The notes below the pieces were generated by a model. The model made no database searches. It was given only the letters and a program-made list of their open reading frames with translations, and had not been told where the DNA came from. Shown here piece by piece: positions 1 to 9,644 of a stretch of 41,460 nt of DNA. The stretch's first letter is position 1. Each line of letters begins with the position of its first letter. The DNA comes from Planctomycetia bacterium. GTDB taxonomy: Bacteria > Planctomycetota > Planctomycetia > Pirellulales > UBA1268. A program made the position numbers and the translations under genes. The DNA lies in assembly GCA_009922585.1 (NCBI GenBank), contig RFVE01000003.1:1-41460 (forward strand), read 5' to 3'.

Positions 1-3
1 ACA

Positions 4-702
4 ATGACTGTTGATCTGCTTGATCAAGCCTTTCTCGACGCGGCTGCCAAGCATGGACCGGGCCTTGCCCGTCCAGTTGGTGCTTTGAAGAAGAGCCCGA
101 ACATTCGGCCGGAAATCGTTGCAGACCTGCCAGCAACTACCGGTGAGACAGTAGTCGCTGCTGAAACCGTGACAGCAGCCGGTGATTCCTCCACAGATAC
201 TGTTGATCCAACGCTGCTGCGACTCATCGATCACTTTTCGGAGCAGTGGGCCTCTGTTGTCACGGCCGTCGAAGAGGCGAGGCGGGCTGGCACTCAGGTC
301 ATTGCCATCGCTGGTCACCAGCCGGGGGAAGGCCGCACAACGCTGGTGCAGGGACTGAGCCTGCTGCTGGCAAAGCGGGGCTGGCAGGTGGCCTGCTTTG
401 GCAGTGCATCTGCCTGGTGGCAGGAATTAGTCGGCGATGCCGCCAGTTGGCAGGATCGCCTTCCTCGACTGGCTGCCGCCGATGATCTGGTGCTGGTCGA
501 TGCTGGCATCTGGTTTCCACCGGGGCCGCTGCGGCCCCAGCAGCTTACGCTCAAGATGTTCGGCTTTGATGGGGTCGTATTGGTGCGGCGTCACGCTCTG
601 CCCCCAAACCCAGCACGGGATGCGGCGATTGCCAAGGGTGGGCTTCAAGCAATCGGCGAGATCGTCAATTTTATGCCCGCTTTCCGGCAGAGGGCGGCAT
701 GA
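4..702 (+). CDS. Hypothetical protein with a degenerate CpsD/CapB (MinD/BY-kinase-like) P-loop domain
   Basis: VIAIAGHQPGEGRTT (deviant Walker A) and DLVLVDAG (Walker B-like); low-complexity N-terminal linker; stop overlaps the next start (ATGA at 699-702). Confidence 0.6.
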   Translation: MTVDLLDQAFLDAAAKHGPGLARPVGALKKSPNIRPEIVADLPATTGETVVAAETVTAAGDSSTDTVDPTLLRLIDHFSEQWASVVTAVEEARRAGTQVIAIAGHQPGEGRTTLVQGLSLLLAKRGWQVACFGSASAWWQELVGDAASWQDRLPRLAAADDLVLVDAGIWFPPGPLRPQQLTLKMFGFDGVVLVRRHALPPNPARDAAIAKGGLQAIGEIVNFMPAFRQRAA

Positions 703-1409
703 GTGATTCCACCCAGCTACGGGCGGTGGGTGGCAGCCGTTCCCCCCATTGTGCATCCGTCGGCAACCAGCAGCCGGCCGTTGCCCGGCTGCTTTACGCT
801 GTGCGGCAGCCAGGCGGCTTCGCTGTACTCAGTGGGCCGGGGGGCACTGGCGTGACCACCGTCTTGGGGTGGTTGGCCGCCGAACTTGAGCAGGCTGGTC
901 ATCCTGTTCTGTGGCGTTCAGTGCGAAGCCTCACTAGGGCTGATTATCCGGCGTTGGCCAGTAGCCAAGCTGTTGATGCTGCCCTGCCGCCGGTGGTACT
1001 CATTGACGACGCGCACGCGGCGGCCGAAGGAGTGTTGACCGCGTGCGTGCAACAGTGTGGTGAGGTGATTCCAACTGTGTCAGTTGTACTGGCCGGCCGT
1101 GGCAGGCTGCTGACGCTTCTGGCCCGCGAACGAGATCTCGGCGAACGGATCAAGCTTCGGGCTGTACTGCGTGCTTGGACGCGTGATGAAACTGAGGAAA
1201 TGGTGGCCAGCCGGCTGGCAGCGGCGGGGATCGACCAGTTTGAGGCTGGCGTGCCGTCCGTGATTCATGCCATTGCTGCTGGCATTCCTCAGGCAATTGG
1301 CCAACTGCTGGAAACCGTCCTGCTGGTGGCAGCGACCCAGCCGGAGCACCGGCTCCGCTGTGAAGACATCGAACGGATGCACGAGCGGCTCAGCCTGGCG
1401 GCAGCGTGA
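699..1409 (+). CDS. ExeA/GspA-like AAA ATPase (degenerate)
   Basis: GFAVLSGPGGTGVTT, VVLIDDAH, VVLAGR, ERIKLRAVL and GIPQAI follow the ExeA-family motif order. Confidence 0.7.
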   Translation: MSDSTQLRAVGGSRSPHCASVGNQQPAVARLLYAVRQPGGFAVLSGPGGTGVTTVLGWLAAELEQAGHPVLWRSVRSLTRADYPALASSQAVDAALPPVVLIDDAHAAAEGVLTACVQQCGEVIPTVSVVLAGRGRLLTLLARERDLGERIKLRAVLRAWTRDETEEMVASRLAAAGIDQFEAGVPSVIHAIAAGIPQAIGQLLETVLLVAATQPEHRLRCEDIERMHERLSLAAA

Positions 1410-2565
1410 CGGCTCCGGCGCGATGCCGCGTTGCTGAGAATGCCTCTGTTGGCAGGGGCGGCTCGCAGTCACTCATCAGATCGGCCATGGTCACGGCGGT
1501 GCCCGTTGACAGGTGCAGTCCTGCCCGGAAGTGGCCGGTTGCCAGCCAGCCGTTTTCAATCCCCGGCAGCGGACCGATGGTCGGCAGGCCGTCGGGTGAG
1601 CCCGGACGCAGGCCAGCCCAAGAGCGTTCAGGTGCTCCAAACGGGGTCTCAGGCAACAGCAACCTGACGAGTCGCTCCAGACGCTCGATTGTCGCCGGCG
1701 TCGTCATGGGGGCAAAACCGACGTCCTCAATCGTCGAGCCGATCAGGAGCCGGCCGTCCTCCCGGGGAATGAGGTAGTCGAACCCTGCACCAAGATTTAC
1801 GACCTGGGTAAGCAATCCGGGGGCGGTGCGATGCAGCAGGATCTGACCTCGCCAGGGCTTGGTCTGGATTTGGATCCCAAGGTCGGCCAGCAGACCCTCG
1901 GACCAGGCTCCGGTAGCAAGGCAGACGCATTCCGTTGGCAGCGTTGTTGGTCCACTTTTGGGACTGCTGTATCGAACCGCAACGATTCGGTTGTCAGCGA
2001 GATCAAATCCGAGGACACGAGAGTGGTCGATCAAAGTGACACCGCGGGCTCGGCACGACGCGTGCAGGGCGGCCAGATGCCGGGGCGGCCGCAATTGGGT
2101 TTCGGTCGGCAGAAAGCAGCCGCCCTGTATCGTGCCGGCGTTGGCCGCAGCGGCCAACGCCGGGGCAAGGCGGCCAACGGCTGCTGCTGAGACCCTTTCG
2201 CAGGGAATCCCCAGACGCTGCCAGCGGGTGAGATCGTCACAGAGTTCAGCAGCGGTGGCATCGTCGATCGACAGGGCGAGTGTGCCGCATTGCCGTAGAC
2301 CGTTGTCGATGCCGGTCTCGGCCTGCAATTCTGCTGCCCACTGCCGGTGGAGCCGGTCGCTGAAGGCGGTGAATTGTTCGAGCGGGGTGGCATCGGGCCC
2401 CAAAGCAATTTCAGGCTGTGCCGGAAAGATTCCACCGGCGGCCCAGGAGGCAGTGGCGCTGGCTGCGTCGCGGCTCATGACCGTGACGGTGAGGCCCCGG
2501 CCGGCAAGTTCTCGGGCGATCGACAGCCCGATTACTCCGCCACCGATCACGCAGCAGTCAGGCAT
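1390..2565 (-). CDS. thiO: FAD-dependent glycine oxidase / D-amino-acid oxidase family (ThiO-like)
   Basis: VIGGGVIG Rossmann motif, ASWAAGG, LATGAWS, RGQ, YLIPR, WAGLRP and GHFRAGLHLS. Start taken at ATG 2565 (MPDCCVIGGG). Confidence 0.8.
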   Translation of the reverse strand: MPDCCVIGGGVIGLSIARELAGRGLTVTVMSRDAASATASWAAGGIFPAQPEIALGPDATPLEQFTAFSDRLHRQWAAELQAETGIDNGLRQCGTLALSIDDATAAELCDDLTRWQRLGIPCERVSAAAVGRLAPALAAAANAGTIQGGCFLPTETQLRPPRHLAALHASCRARGVTLIDHSRVLGFDLADNRIVAVRYSSPKSGPTTLPTECVCLATGAWSEGLLADLGIQIQTKPWRGQILLHRTAPGLLTQVVNLGAGFDYLIPREDGRLLIGSTIEDVGFAPMTTPATIERLERLVRLLLPETPFGAPERSWAGLRPGSPDGLPTIGPLPGIENGWLATGHFRAGLHLSTGTAVTMADLMSDCEPPLPTEAFSATRHRAGAVTLPPG

Positions 2566-3598
2566 TCGTTGCCACCTGGGGGCTGTCGGCAATATTCACC
2601 CAGACATGCACATGAGGTGCCCCACGGAAATGCCAGACGAACGCTGGGCCCTCCAATCGCCAGTTGTCCCAGACGCCGTCACCACCGAGGTCACCCTGGC
2701 GATAGAACACCATCCGGCAAGCCTCAAGCCCACCCTGAGCGGCAAGGCAGCGACGAACCTCGTCTTGGTCACCGGTTCGGAAGGGCTCTAGTAGCAGGGC
2801 CACCACCCGGTCCAGTTCGGCCCGCTGGTCGGCTGAAAGATCGCTGACTGACAAACCCGGGCGGTTGGTTTGGCCGGGAAAGGCGATTGCATTTTCGCGA
2901 GGTGCCCGTCGCACCAACGCAGCAGCCCGTTGCCGGCCATCGAGCATGCCGAAGACTTCATTGGCTGCGACTGCCTGCGGCCAAAAAACGTTACCGGGAT
3001 GGGCCGGCTCCTCAGTGAAGCTGCCGGTATCGTGTCCGTAGAAGATTGGGCCACCGAAGGCGACATGATCGGCCGAGTCGCCGTCACACCGCAGCGTCAT
3101 GTGTCGGCCGGTGAGCAGGAACTGGAACTTCCCCGAGCCGGGCTCGCCGATCAGGGCGATGCTTTGGGAGCGGCCAAAGCCACCGCAGTCATCCTCTAAC
3201 TGCTTGTCGAAGCGGGGCTGCCAATCCGGAGTGATCAGGCTTTCGAAGATGTCACGGACAAGGGCCTGCTGCTCACCGGTGAAAAAATCATCCGCGATTT
3301 CGGGTGTAGTTGCCTGCCAGTTGTTGGCAACGCGGGTCCGCAACAGACCAAATTTCGGGTGCCGGTAGTCCCAGGGTACACAGACCACCCGCCGCTGCTG
3401 GGGCGTGAGTGAGGCGTGCAGTTGCCCCGCCAGGGTTTCGGCGGTTGGCTTTGCGACCGGCTCTGCAGCAAAGAGTTCCGGTCGGCTGCCACCCGGAATG
3501 AGAGTGGCCAGACCGGTTCCTGTTGCGGCGGTCGAGAGGCCACGGAGGAGTTTGCGGCGGGTTAGGGCAGCAGCTTTCGGGTGATGAATCGGTGCCAT
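2558..3598 (-). CDS. Tat-exported DUF3500-like protein
   Basis: Twin-arginine signal LTRRKLL; GRHMTLR, FGGPIFYG and WRLEGPAFVWHFRGAPHVH motifs recognised as DUF3500-type. Start at ATG 3598. Confidence 0.7.
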   Translation of the reverse strand: MAPIHHPKAAALTRRKLLRGLSTAATGTGLATLIPGGSRPELFAAEPVAKPTAETLAGQLHASLTPQQRRVVCVPWDYRHPKFGLLRTRVANNWQATTPEIADDFFTGEQQALVRDIFESLITPDWQPRFDKQLEDDCGGFGRSQSIALIGEPGSGKFQFLLTGRHMTLRCDGDSADHVAFGGPIFYGHDTGSFTEEPAHPGNVFWPQAVAANEVFGMLDGRQRAAALVRRAPRENAIAFPGQTNRPGLSVSDLSADQRAELDRVVALLLEPFRTGDQDEVRRCLAAQGGLEACRMVFYRQGDLGGDGVWDNWRLEGPAFVWHFRGAPHVHVWVNIADSPQVATNA

Positions 3599-3676
3599 GA
3601 GCGAGGCTCCCGTGAAAACAGACCAGTGACACAACTGTGTGCGACTGAGTCTATCAAAGGCCCGCGTGCTTCGAAC

Positions 3677-4522
3677 TCACTTTCGGCGTTGGCAGCCCGG
3701 GCAAAAAAAAGTCGATCGCTGGGCCTGCACGATACGGCGAATGATTGCCCCACAACGGGGACAGGCCGCACCCGCCCGGCCATAAACCTGGTGGCACCGC
3801 TGATACCGACCCGGTCGGCTATCGGCGGTTCGGTAGGTTTCGTCACCAATGGAGGAGCCCTCCAGCCGAATTGCCCGTCGCAGAATCTTCCGGGTGACCG
3901 TGGCGATGGTATCGCACTCCGCTCGGCTGATCCGGCAGCAGCGGCTGCGGGGGTCGAGGCCGGCGGCAAAGAGGATTTCGGCCGCGTAAATATTCCCAAT
4001 GCCGGCGGTTACACGCTGGTCCAGCAGGGCCTGCTTGATCGGCCGACGTGAATGGTGAATGGCGGAATGGAATGCTGCTCCTGCCAACGTGAGGGCGTCG
4101 GGGCCGAGCACCGAAGGGCCGCAGCGGCGGTAGAATTCTTCGTTGGTGAGCAGCCGAATGGTGCCGAGTCCTCGCCTGTCCCAGAAAATCAGGGGCGGGT
4201 GTTCAGCAAATTTCAGCACCATGCGAACGTGCGCATCGGACGGCGGCGGTACCCGCAGCAGCAGACCAGTCATCCGGGGTTCGATCACCAGTCGCTCAGG
4301 TTCGTCAGCCGCCGCTCCCGCCAACCGGAGCACCCCCCGTTTGCCAGCCCGTTCGACCGCGTCGATTCGGCTGCCAATCAATCGCTTTGCGAGGCGGCCC
4401 GCCGGCGGGCTGATCAGAATCGGCCTGCGGGTTCGCCGTGGGAAGGATACACCCGTAATTATTTGGCCGGCGACGCCGCCAATACCCCGGCACATTGTTT
4501 CAACTTCGGGAAGTTCGGGCAT
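3677..4522 (-). CDS. mutM: Formamidopyrimidine-DNA glycosylase
   Basis: N-terminal MPELPEVET, RMTG, DRRGLG, LLDQ..AGIGNIYA and C-terminal zinc finger CPRC...CPGC. The true start is ATG 4522, not 4669. Confidence 0.95.
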   Translation of the reverse strand: MPELPEVETMCRGIGGVAGQIITGVSFPRRTRRPILISPPAGRLAKRLIGSRIDAVERAGKRGVLRLAGAAADEPERLVIEPRMTGLLLRVPPPSDAHVRMVLKFAEHPPLIFWDRRGLGTIRLLTNEEFYRRCGPSVLGPDALTLAGAAFHSAIHHSRRPIKQALLDQRVTAGIGNIYAAEILFAAGLDPRSRCCRISRAECDTIATVTRKILRRAIRLEGSSIGDETYRTADSRPGRYQRCHQVYGRAGAACPRCGAIIRRIVQAQRSTFFCPGCQRRK

Positions 4523-4699
4523 TGCAGAGGCTGTCATTCCCTTGGGTGAGAGTCGAAATCGTTGGGTAGACTGCGGTGGTGCGGTCGTTTCGGTGTTCGC
4601 AAGGCTACAATCGAATGAGCTTCGGCCAATGCCCCGACCTGCTACGGCAGGTAGGCTGGGGTGCCGCAACTGGTTTGACCCCTCTTTACGGAACTGCCA

Positions 4700-5932
4700 A
4701 TGTCTCTTGCTTCAGCAGCCGAACGCCCACTCTCTCAAGTGCCTGATGCTCTCGGCCGTTTCGGCCGCTTCGGCGGTCGCTATGTGCCGGAGACGCTTTC
4801 GGCGGCTCTCGATCAGTTGCAGGCGGCTTATGACGAGGCGATTGCCGACCCGGCATTCACCAAGGAACTCGACGACCTGCTCAACACCTTTGTGGGCCGG
4901 CCCACTCCCCTGCTCTTTGCGCGTCGATTGACCGAACGGGCAGGCGGGGCGCAGATCTACTTTAAGCGAGAGGATCTCAGCCACACCGGCGCCCACAAGA
5001 TCAACAACACCCTCGGCCAAGCGTTGCTGGCCATGCGGATGGGGAAGCGGCGGATCATTGCCGAAACTGGTGCGGGTCAGCACGGTGTCGCCACCGCCAC
5101 CGCCTGCGCCCGGTTTGGCCTCGACTGTGTCGTCTACATGGGCGCAGAGGATGTCCGCCGGCAGGCTCCCAACGTCCGTAACATGCGGTTTATGGGGGCC
5201 GAGGTGCGACCGGTTGAGAGCGGTTCCCGAACCCTCCGTGATGCCATCAACGAGGCGATGCGGGATTGGATGGCGTCGGTTGAGACCACCCACTACATCA
5301 TTGGTTCAGTCGTCGGCCCGCATCCCTTCCCACGGATTGTTCGCGATTTCCAGTCGGTCATCGGTCGCGAAACAATCGAATACTGTAAGAGGCTCTTCGG
5401 TCGGCTGCCTGACACGGTCGTCGCCTGTGTTGGTGGGGGCAGCAACGCGGCTGGCATGTTCTATCCATTCGTCGACTATCCAGAGGTGCGGCTGGTTGGT
5501 GTCGAAGCGGGGGGGCGGTCGAGTGGAGCGGGTGAGCATGCTGCGCCGTTGAGTTACGGAAGCCCCGGCATCCTGCATGGCAGCCTCAGCTATGTTCTTC
5601 AGAATGCTGATGGCCAGACCGACGATGTCCACTCGGTTTCAGCAGGTCTCGACTACCCCGGTGTCGGGCCGGAGCACAGCTACTGGCGAGACAGTGGCCG
5701 GGTCGACTACACCAGTGTCACCGATGCCGCGGCACTCGACGCCTTCGATCTGGTGGCCCAGCAGGAAGGCATCCTCGCGGCCCTCGAGACCTCGCATGCG
5801 GTGGCCTGGGCGGTCGAGGCGGCTGCAGCCATGCAACCAGAGGAAATCCTCGTCGTTTGCATGTCGGGTCGGGGCGACAAAGACGCCGCTGAAATCGCCC
5901 GGCTTAGAGGGCTCTCCGAGGCCGGGGCGTGA
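4700..5932 (+). CDS. trpB: Tryptophan synthase beta chain
   Basis: HTGAHKINN (PLP lysine), [36 protein letters not shown]. Confidence 0.98.
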   Translation: MSLASAAERPLSQVPDALGRFGRFGGRYVPETLSAALDQLQAAYDEAIADPAFTKELDDLLNTFVGRPTPLLFARRLTERAGGAQIYFKREDLSHTGAHKINNTLGQALLAMRMGKRRIIAETGAGQHGVATATACARFGLDCVVYMGAEDVRRQAPNVRNMRFMGAEVRPVESGSRTLRDAINEAMRDWMASVETTHYIIGSVVGPHPFPRIVRDFQSVIGRETIEYCKRLFGRLPDTVVACVGGGSNAAGMFYPFVDYPEVRLVGVEAGGRSSGAGEHAAPLSYGSPGILHGSLSYVLQNADGQTDDVHSVSAGLDYPGVGPEHSYWRDSGRVDYTSVTDAAALDAFDLVAQQEGILAALETSHAVAWAVEAAAAMQPEEILVVCMSGRGDKDAAEIARLRGLSEAGA

Positions 5933-5956
5933 ATCGAAAGATTGGATCGAGCAACG

Positions 5957-6805
5957 ATGGAGCAAGAAGCAGGCATGGCAACGGCTACAGAAAGTGGTCG
6001 CACCGGAACCGTGGCGGTGCAAGAGGCGTTCGCAACGTGTCGGGCCCGTGGGGGCAAGGCGATCGCTCCTTTCGTGACAGCGGGCGACCCGGACGTCGAG
6101 ACGACGCTGGGGGTGCTCGAAGCAGTTGACCGGGCGGGGGCCACCCTCTGCGAATTGGGTGTCCCCTACAGCGACCCGATCGCAGATGGCCCCGTGATCC
6201 AGGCCTCCTACACCAGAGCACTGGCAGCAGGGATGTCGCTCGACAAGCTCTTCGATCTGGTCGGTCGCAGCCGGGCGACAGTCCGAATGCCGCTGCTGGC
6301 AATGGCCAGCTATTCGCTCATCTTCCGGGTTGGCATCGACGCGTTCGTGACCCGGGCCGTCGCTTGTGGCCTAGCCGGATTCGTAGTGCCCGATCTGCCG
6401 CTGGAGGAGTCGGATGAACTCGACGCCGCATGCCGCGCAGCGGGATTGGCACTTGTGCGGCTGGTGACTCCAACCACACCGCCGGAGCGGGCGGAGCAGA
6501 TTGCCCGGCGATCGACCGGTTTTCTCTATTGCGTGTCGGTGGCGGGAGTGACTGGCGAACGGACAGCCTTGCCGTCGGGTCTGGTCGACCGGGTCGCCTG
6601 GCTGCGGGAACGAACAGACGTGCCGATTCTGGTCGGTTTCGGGATCGCCAGTCCGGAGCAGGCTCGGGAGGTGGCCCAGGTGGCCGATGGCGTGATCGTT
6701 GGTTCGGCGGTTGTCCGACAGCTTGAGCAGGCCGCAGCCGGTCAGGGTGTTGCTGCGGTCGAAGGATTTGTCGGGGAGCTCGTGACTGCCTGCCGAAACG
6801 GCTGA
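5957..6805 (+). CDS. trpA: Tryptophan synthase alpha chain
   Basis: FVTAGDP, ELGVPYSDPIADGPVIQ, VPDLP, GVTGER, VGFGI, DGVIVGSA. Start uncertain (ATG 5957 or 5975). Confidence 0.96.
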   Translation: MEQEAGMATATESGRTGTVAVQEAFATCRARGGKAIAPFVTAGDPDVETTLGVLEAVDRAGATLCELGVPYSDPIADGPVIQASYTRALAAGMSLDKLFDLVGRSRATVRMPLLAMASYSLIFRVGIDAFVTRAVACGLAGFVVPDLPLEESDELDAACRAAGLALVRLVTPTTPPERAEQIARRSTGFLYCVSVAGVTGERTALPSGLVDRVAWLRERTDVPILVGFGIASPEQAREVAQVADGVIVGSAVVRQLEQAAAGQGVAAVEGFVGELVTACRNG

Positions 6806-7176
6806 CAGCCGTGACTTGCCAGAAAGGCTTCTCAGAGCCGTAGCCTGTCGGGTGTGCCCGACCTCGTCGATGGGGCGATGGATGCTCTGCGGCCACAGTG
6901 CGGCCGGGGAAGCCAGCAGCGGAAGCGACCGGACCGGGAGCGTGGTTGCCCAGGGGTTCACCGCTCGGGGCAGGCGCGGTGGCGGCAAAAGTCTCGTCGC
7001 TGCTGAAAATGGCCAATGCGGTCGTGCAGTTTCGCGGTGATCACAGCGAGGACATTTTCAGAGACTCCTCGAGCGTTCGCCGACCCCCTTCTCCTCGTCA
7101 AGCCCCGGCCGTCCTCTGGAAGCCAGGAGTAGGATGCGACACGGTGCCATACCTCCCGGCTTCGTGGCGAGCTTGT

Positions 7177-8094
7177 TCAATCGTTCGCTGGCGCGATCGC
7201 GGCGAGCAGTTGGGCCGGCCACGGAGGCTCATAGCGACAGCCGGCGACCGGGATGCCCGCCTTCACCAAGGCTGTTACCGTCTCGTCAACTGGGCCGCGA
7301 CTGGGGGCGAGTTCACACAGCAGGCTGTCATCATCGGGGCACTCGCAGCCGATCGCGATGTGGCCGATCACCCGGGCGGCCTCTTGGGCCGCGGCCGGAC
7401 AGGCAAACCGCAGCCGCCAGCTACTGACCTCTGTCCAGGCCTCCGGCCGACAGGGGCCAGCCCGTAGCAGCTGACCCTCGTGCAGGATCAGCAGGTCAGT
7501 AAACCCAGGCGGTATGTCACCATCGTTGCAGGCAGCCATGACGGCGCCTCTGGTGGCGACAGTGTCGCTGATGATCTGGCTGACCAGTTCCCTGCCAGCC
7601 GGATCGAGGCCGGTGGCCGGGTTGTCGAGCAGGAGGATGGTGGGCTTGAGCAACAACGCCCGGGCCAGCAGCAGCCGTTTGCTCTGGCCGGAGGTAACGG
7701 CGTCGCAGCGTGCTCCAGCCATTCGCTCGAGCCCGACCCTGGCCAGGGCGCGGCCAACGGCGCTGGTGAGGTCGCGGCCCCGCAGGCCTCCCGCCGCCGC
7801 GAAGAGTTCCAGGCATTCGTCAATCCGAATCGCCGGCCAGGCAGGCACGCCGTCAGGGACGTAGCCGACCAGTCGGCGAATCGCCTCGCCCTGCTGTGTA
7901 GCAGCATATCCTGCCACGGTTAGTTCACCCGACCGCAGCGGCAACAGCGTGGCAATGGTTTCCAGCAGGCTGGTCTTGCCGGCAGCAGTCGGGCCGATGA
8001 CCGCCACCGCCTGACCCGCCGAGACGCAGAGGTCGAGTCGTTCGAGGACGACAACCCCCAGTCGTTCGACGGTGACGCGGTCGCATTCAATCAT
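7177..8094 (-). CDS. ABC-2-type transporter ATP-binding protein (degenerate motifs)
   Basis: Walker A GPTAAGKT, signature-like VTSGQ, Walker B LLLDNP and GLDP D-loop. Start overlaps the trpE stop. Confidence 0.85.
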   Translation of the reverse strand: MIECDRVTVERLGVVVLERLDLCVSAGQAVAVIGPTAAGKTSLLETIATLLPLRSGELTVAGYAATQQGEAIRRLVGYVPDGVPAWPAIRIDECLELFAAAGGLRGRDLTSAVGRALARVGLERMAGARCDAVTSGQSKRLLLARALLLKPTILLLDNPATGLDPAGRELVSQIISDTVATRGAVMAACNDGDIPPGFTDLLILHEGQLLRAGPCRPEAWTEVSSWRLRFACPAAAQEAARVIGHIAIGCECPDDDSLLCELAPSRGPVDETVTALVKAGIPVAGCRYEPPWPAQLLAAIAPAND

Positions 8095-9644
8095 GCCGGG
8101 TTGATCGCTGGCCTGTCGGTTGCCAATTCCTGGCGGGTCGCCGCGTCCTGAAGCCGGGCATTGGTCAGTTCAATGGCGACGAGCATGCCCTTCGCCTTGT
8201 TGATGGTTTCCTGAAATTCACTTTTGGGCTGACTGTCGGCAACGATGCCGGCCCCCGACTGGACGTAGGCGGTGCCGCCGCTGACGACAATGGTTCGGAG
8301 GGCAATGCAGGTGTCCATCGCCCCACCAAAATCGACGTAGCCAACAGCGCCGGCATAAGGGCCCCGCTTGTTTGGTTCAAGTTCATCGATGATTTCCATC
8401 GCTCTGATTTTTGGTGCTCCTGAAACCGTGCCCGCCGGCAGGCAGGCTCGGAGGGCATCAAATGCAGTTTTGCCCGGCAGCAGCCGGCCGCTGACGTTGC
8501 TGGTGATGTGCATGACATGACTGTAGCGTTCGATTGCCATTACATCGGTCAGTTCGACTGAGCCAATCTCCGCGACACGGCCAACATCGTTGCGGCCGAG
8601 GTCGATGAGCATGACGTGTTCGGCCCGCTCCTTCGGGTCGGCCAGCAGGCCGGCGGCGAGCTCAGCATCCTCCTCTGGTGTGCCACCGCGGGGGCGGGTG
8701 CCGGCCAAAGGCCGCACAGTTACACGGCCATTGACAACCCGCACCATGATCTCTGGCGAGCTGCCGACCAGTGTCGCTGCCGGAGTGCGCAGATAGAACA
8801 TGAACGGGCTTGGGTTGACCACTCGGAGGGTACGGTAGAGCTCGAGTGGCGACGCTGTGAAGGGTACGGCAAGCCGACGACTGAGGACGACCTGGAAGAT
8901 GTCGCCGGCATGGATGTAGTCGATGGCCCGTTCAACCGCCTGCTGAAAGTCCTGCTGGCTACGATTGGCATGCGGCTCGCCGCAGGGCTGCTGCAAGCTG
9001 CCGATATCGCAAAGCGGAGGCCAGTCAGAGGGCTGTTGGAGCTGGGCAATCGTGGTATCGACCCGGGTGGCTGCCGCGTCATAGGCGGCGGCAATCGCCG
9101 CGGGAGTTTTTTCTTCGATTTTCGCGAGCACCACGACATCGATACTTTTGGAGACATGGTCAAAGACGACCAGCCGGTCGTAGAACGCAAAGCAGATGTC
9201 CGGCAGGCCGAGGTCGTCAGCGGGCACGTCTGGCAGGTGTTCGACGTAGCGGACCGAGTCATAGGCGGCGTAGCCGATTGCACCGCTGGTGAACGGGGGC
9301 AGGTCATCGAGCCGCGCCGGCTGGAAGGCGGCCATCCGCTGTTCAAGCTCGGCTAGCGGGTCGTCTGACTCAAAGGTTTCGGAGAAGGCTTCGCTGCGGC
9401 TGACGGTGACCTGCCGACCGCGGGCTTCGAACCGCAGGAAAGGCTCGGCTCCCAAAAAGCTGTAGCGGCCCACCTTCTCACCGCCGATCACGCTTTCGAA
9501 AAGGCATCCATCACTCCCCGCGTCGATGCGGGCAAAGGCCGACAGCGGGGTGAGGCTGTCAGCAAAGATTCGCCGATAGACAGGCACCACCGATGCCGAC
9601 TGAGCCAGTTGGGCGAATGTCTTGCGTTCGGGAAGGTGCGGCAT
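8091..9644 (-). CDS. trpE: Anthranilate synthase component I
   Basis: LFESV..GRYSF, GDIFQVVLS, NPSPFM, GSSPE, PLAGTRPRG, KERAEHVMLIDLGRND, PAGTVSGAPK, GAGIVADS. Confidence 0.96.
   Translation of the reverse strand: MPHLPERKTFAQLAQSASVVPVYRRIFADSLTPLSAFARIDAGSDGCLFESVIGGEKVGRYSFLGAEPFLRFEARGRQVTVSRSEAFSETFESDDPLAELEQRMAAFQPARLDDLPPFTSGAIGYAAYDSVRYVEHLPDVPADDLGLPDICFAFYDRLVVFDHVSKSIDVVVLAKIEEKTPAAIAAAYDAAATRVDTTIAQLQQPSDWPPLCDIGSLQQPCGEPHANRSQQDFQQAVERAIDYIHAGDIFQVVLSRRLAVPFTASPLELYRTLRVVNPSPFMFYLRTPAATLVGSSPEIMVRVVNGRVTVRPLAGTRPRGGTPEEDAELAAGLLADPKERAEHVMLIDLGRNDVGRVAEIGSVELTDVMAIERYSHVMHITSNVSGRLLPGKTAFDALRACLPAGTVSGAPKIRAMEIIDELEPNKRGPYAGAVGYVDFGGAMDTCIALRTIVVSGGTAYVQSGAGIVADSQPKSEFQETINKAKGMLVAIELTNARLQDAATRQELATDRPAINPA

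Noticed and set aside
6806-7176. RNase P RNA, tmRNA or SRP RNA in this gap
   Set aside because: Signature sequences (GAGGAAAGTCC, tRNA-Ala-like ends with a tag ORF, SRP helix-8 motif) were not found on either strand.
6318-7467. Long ORFs spanning the trpA-ABC gap, including a possible ATG-TCC-TCG-CTG-TGA readthrough (selenoprotein) on the minus strand
   Set aside because: They extend as antisense shadows of trpA or the ABC gene, have no recognisable motifs, and I saw no SECIS-like element or redox motif.
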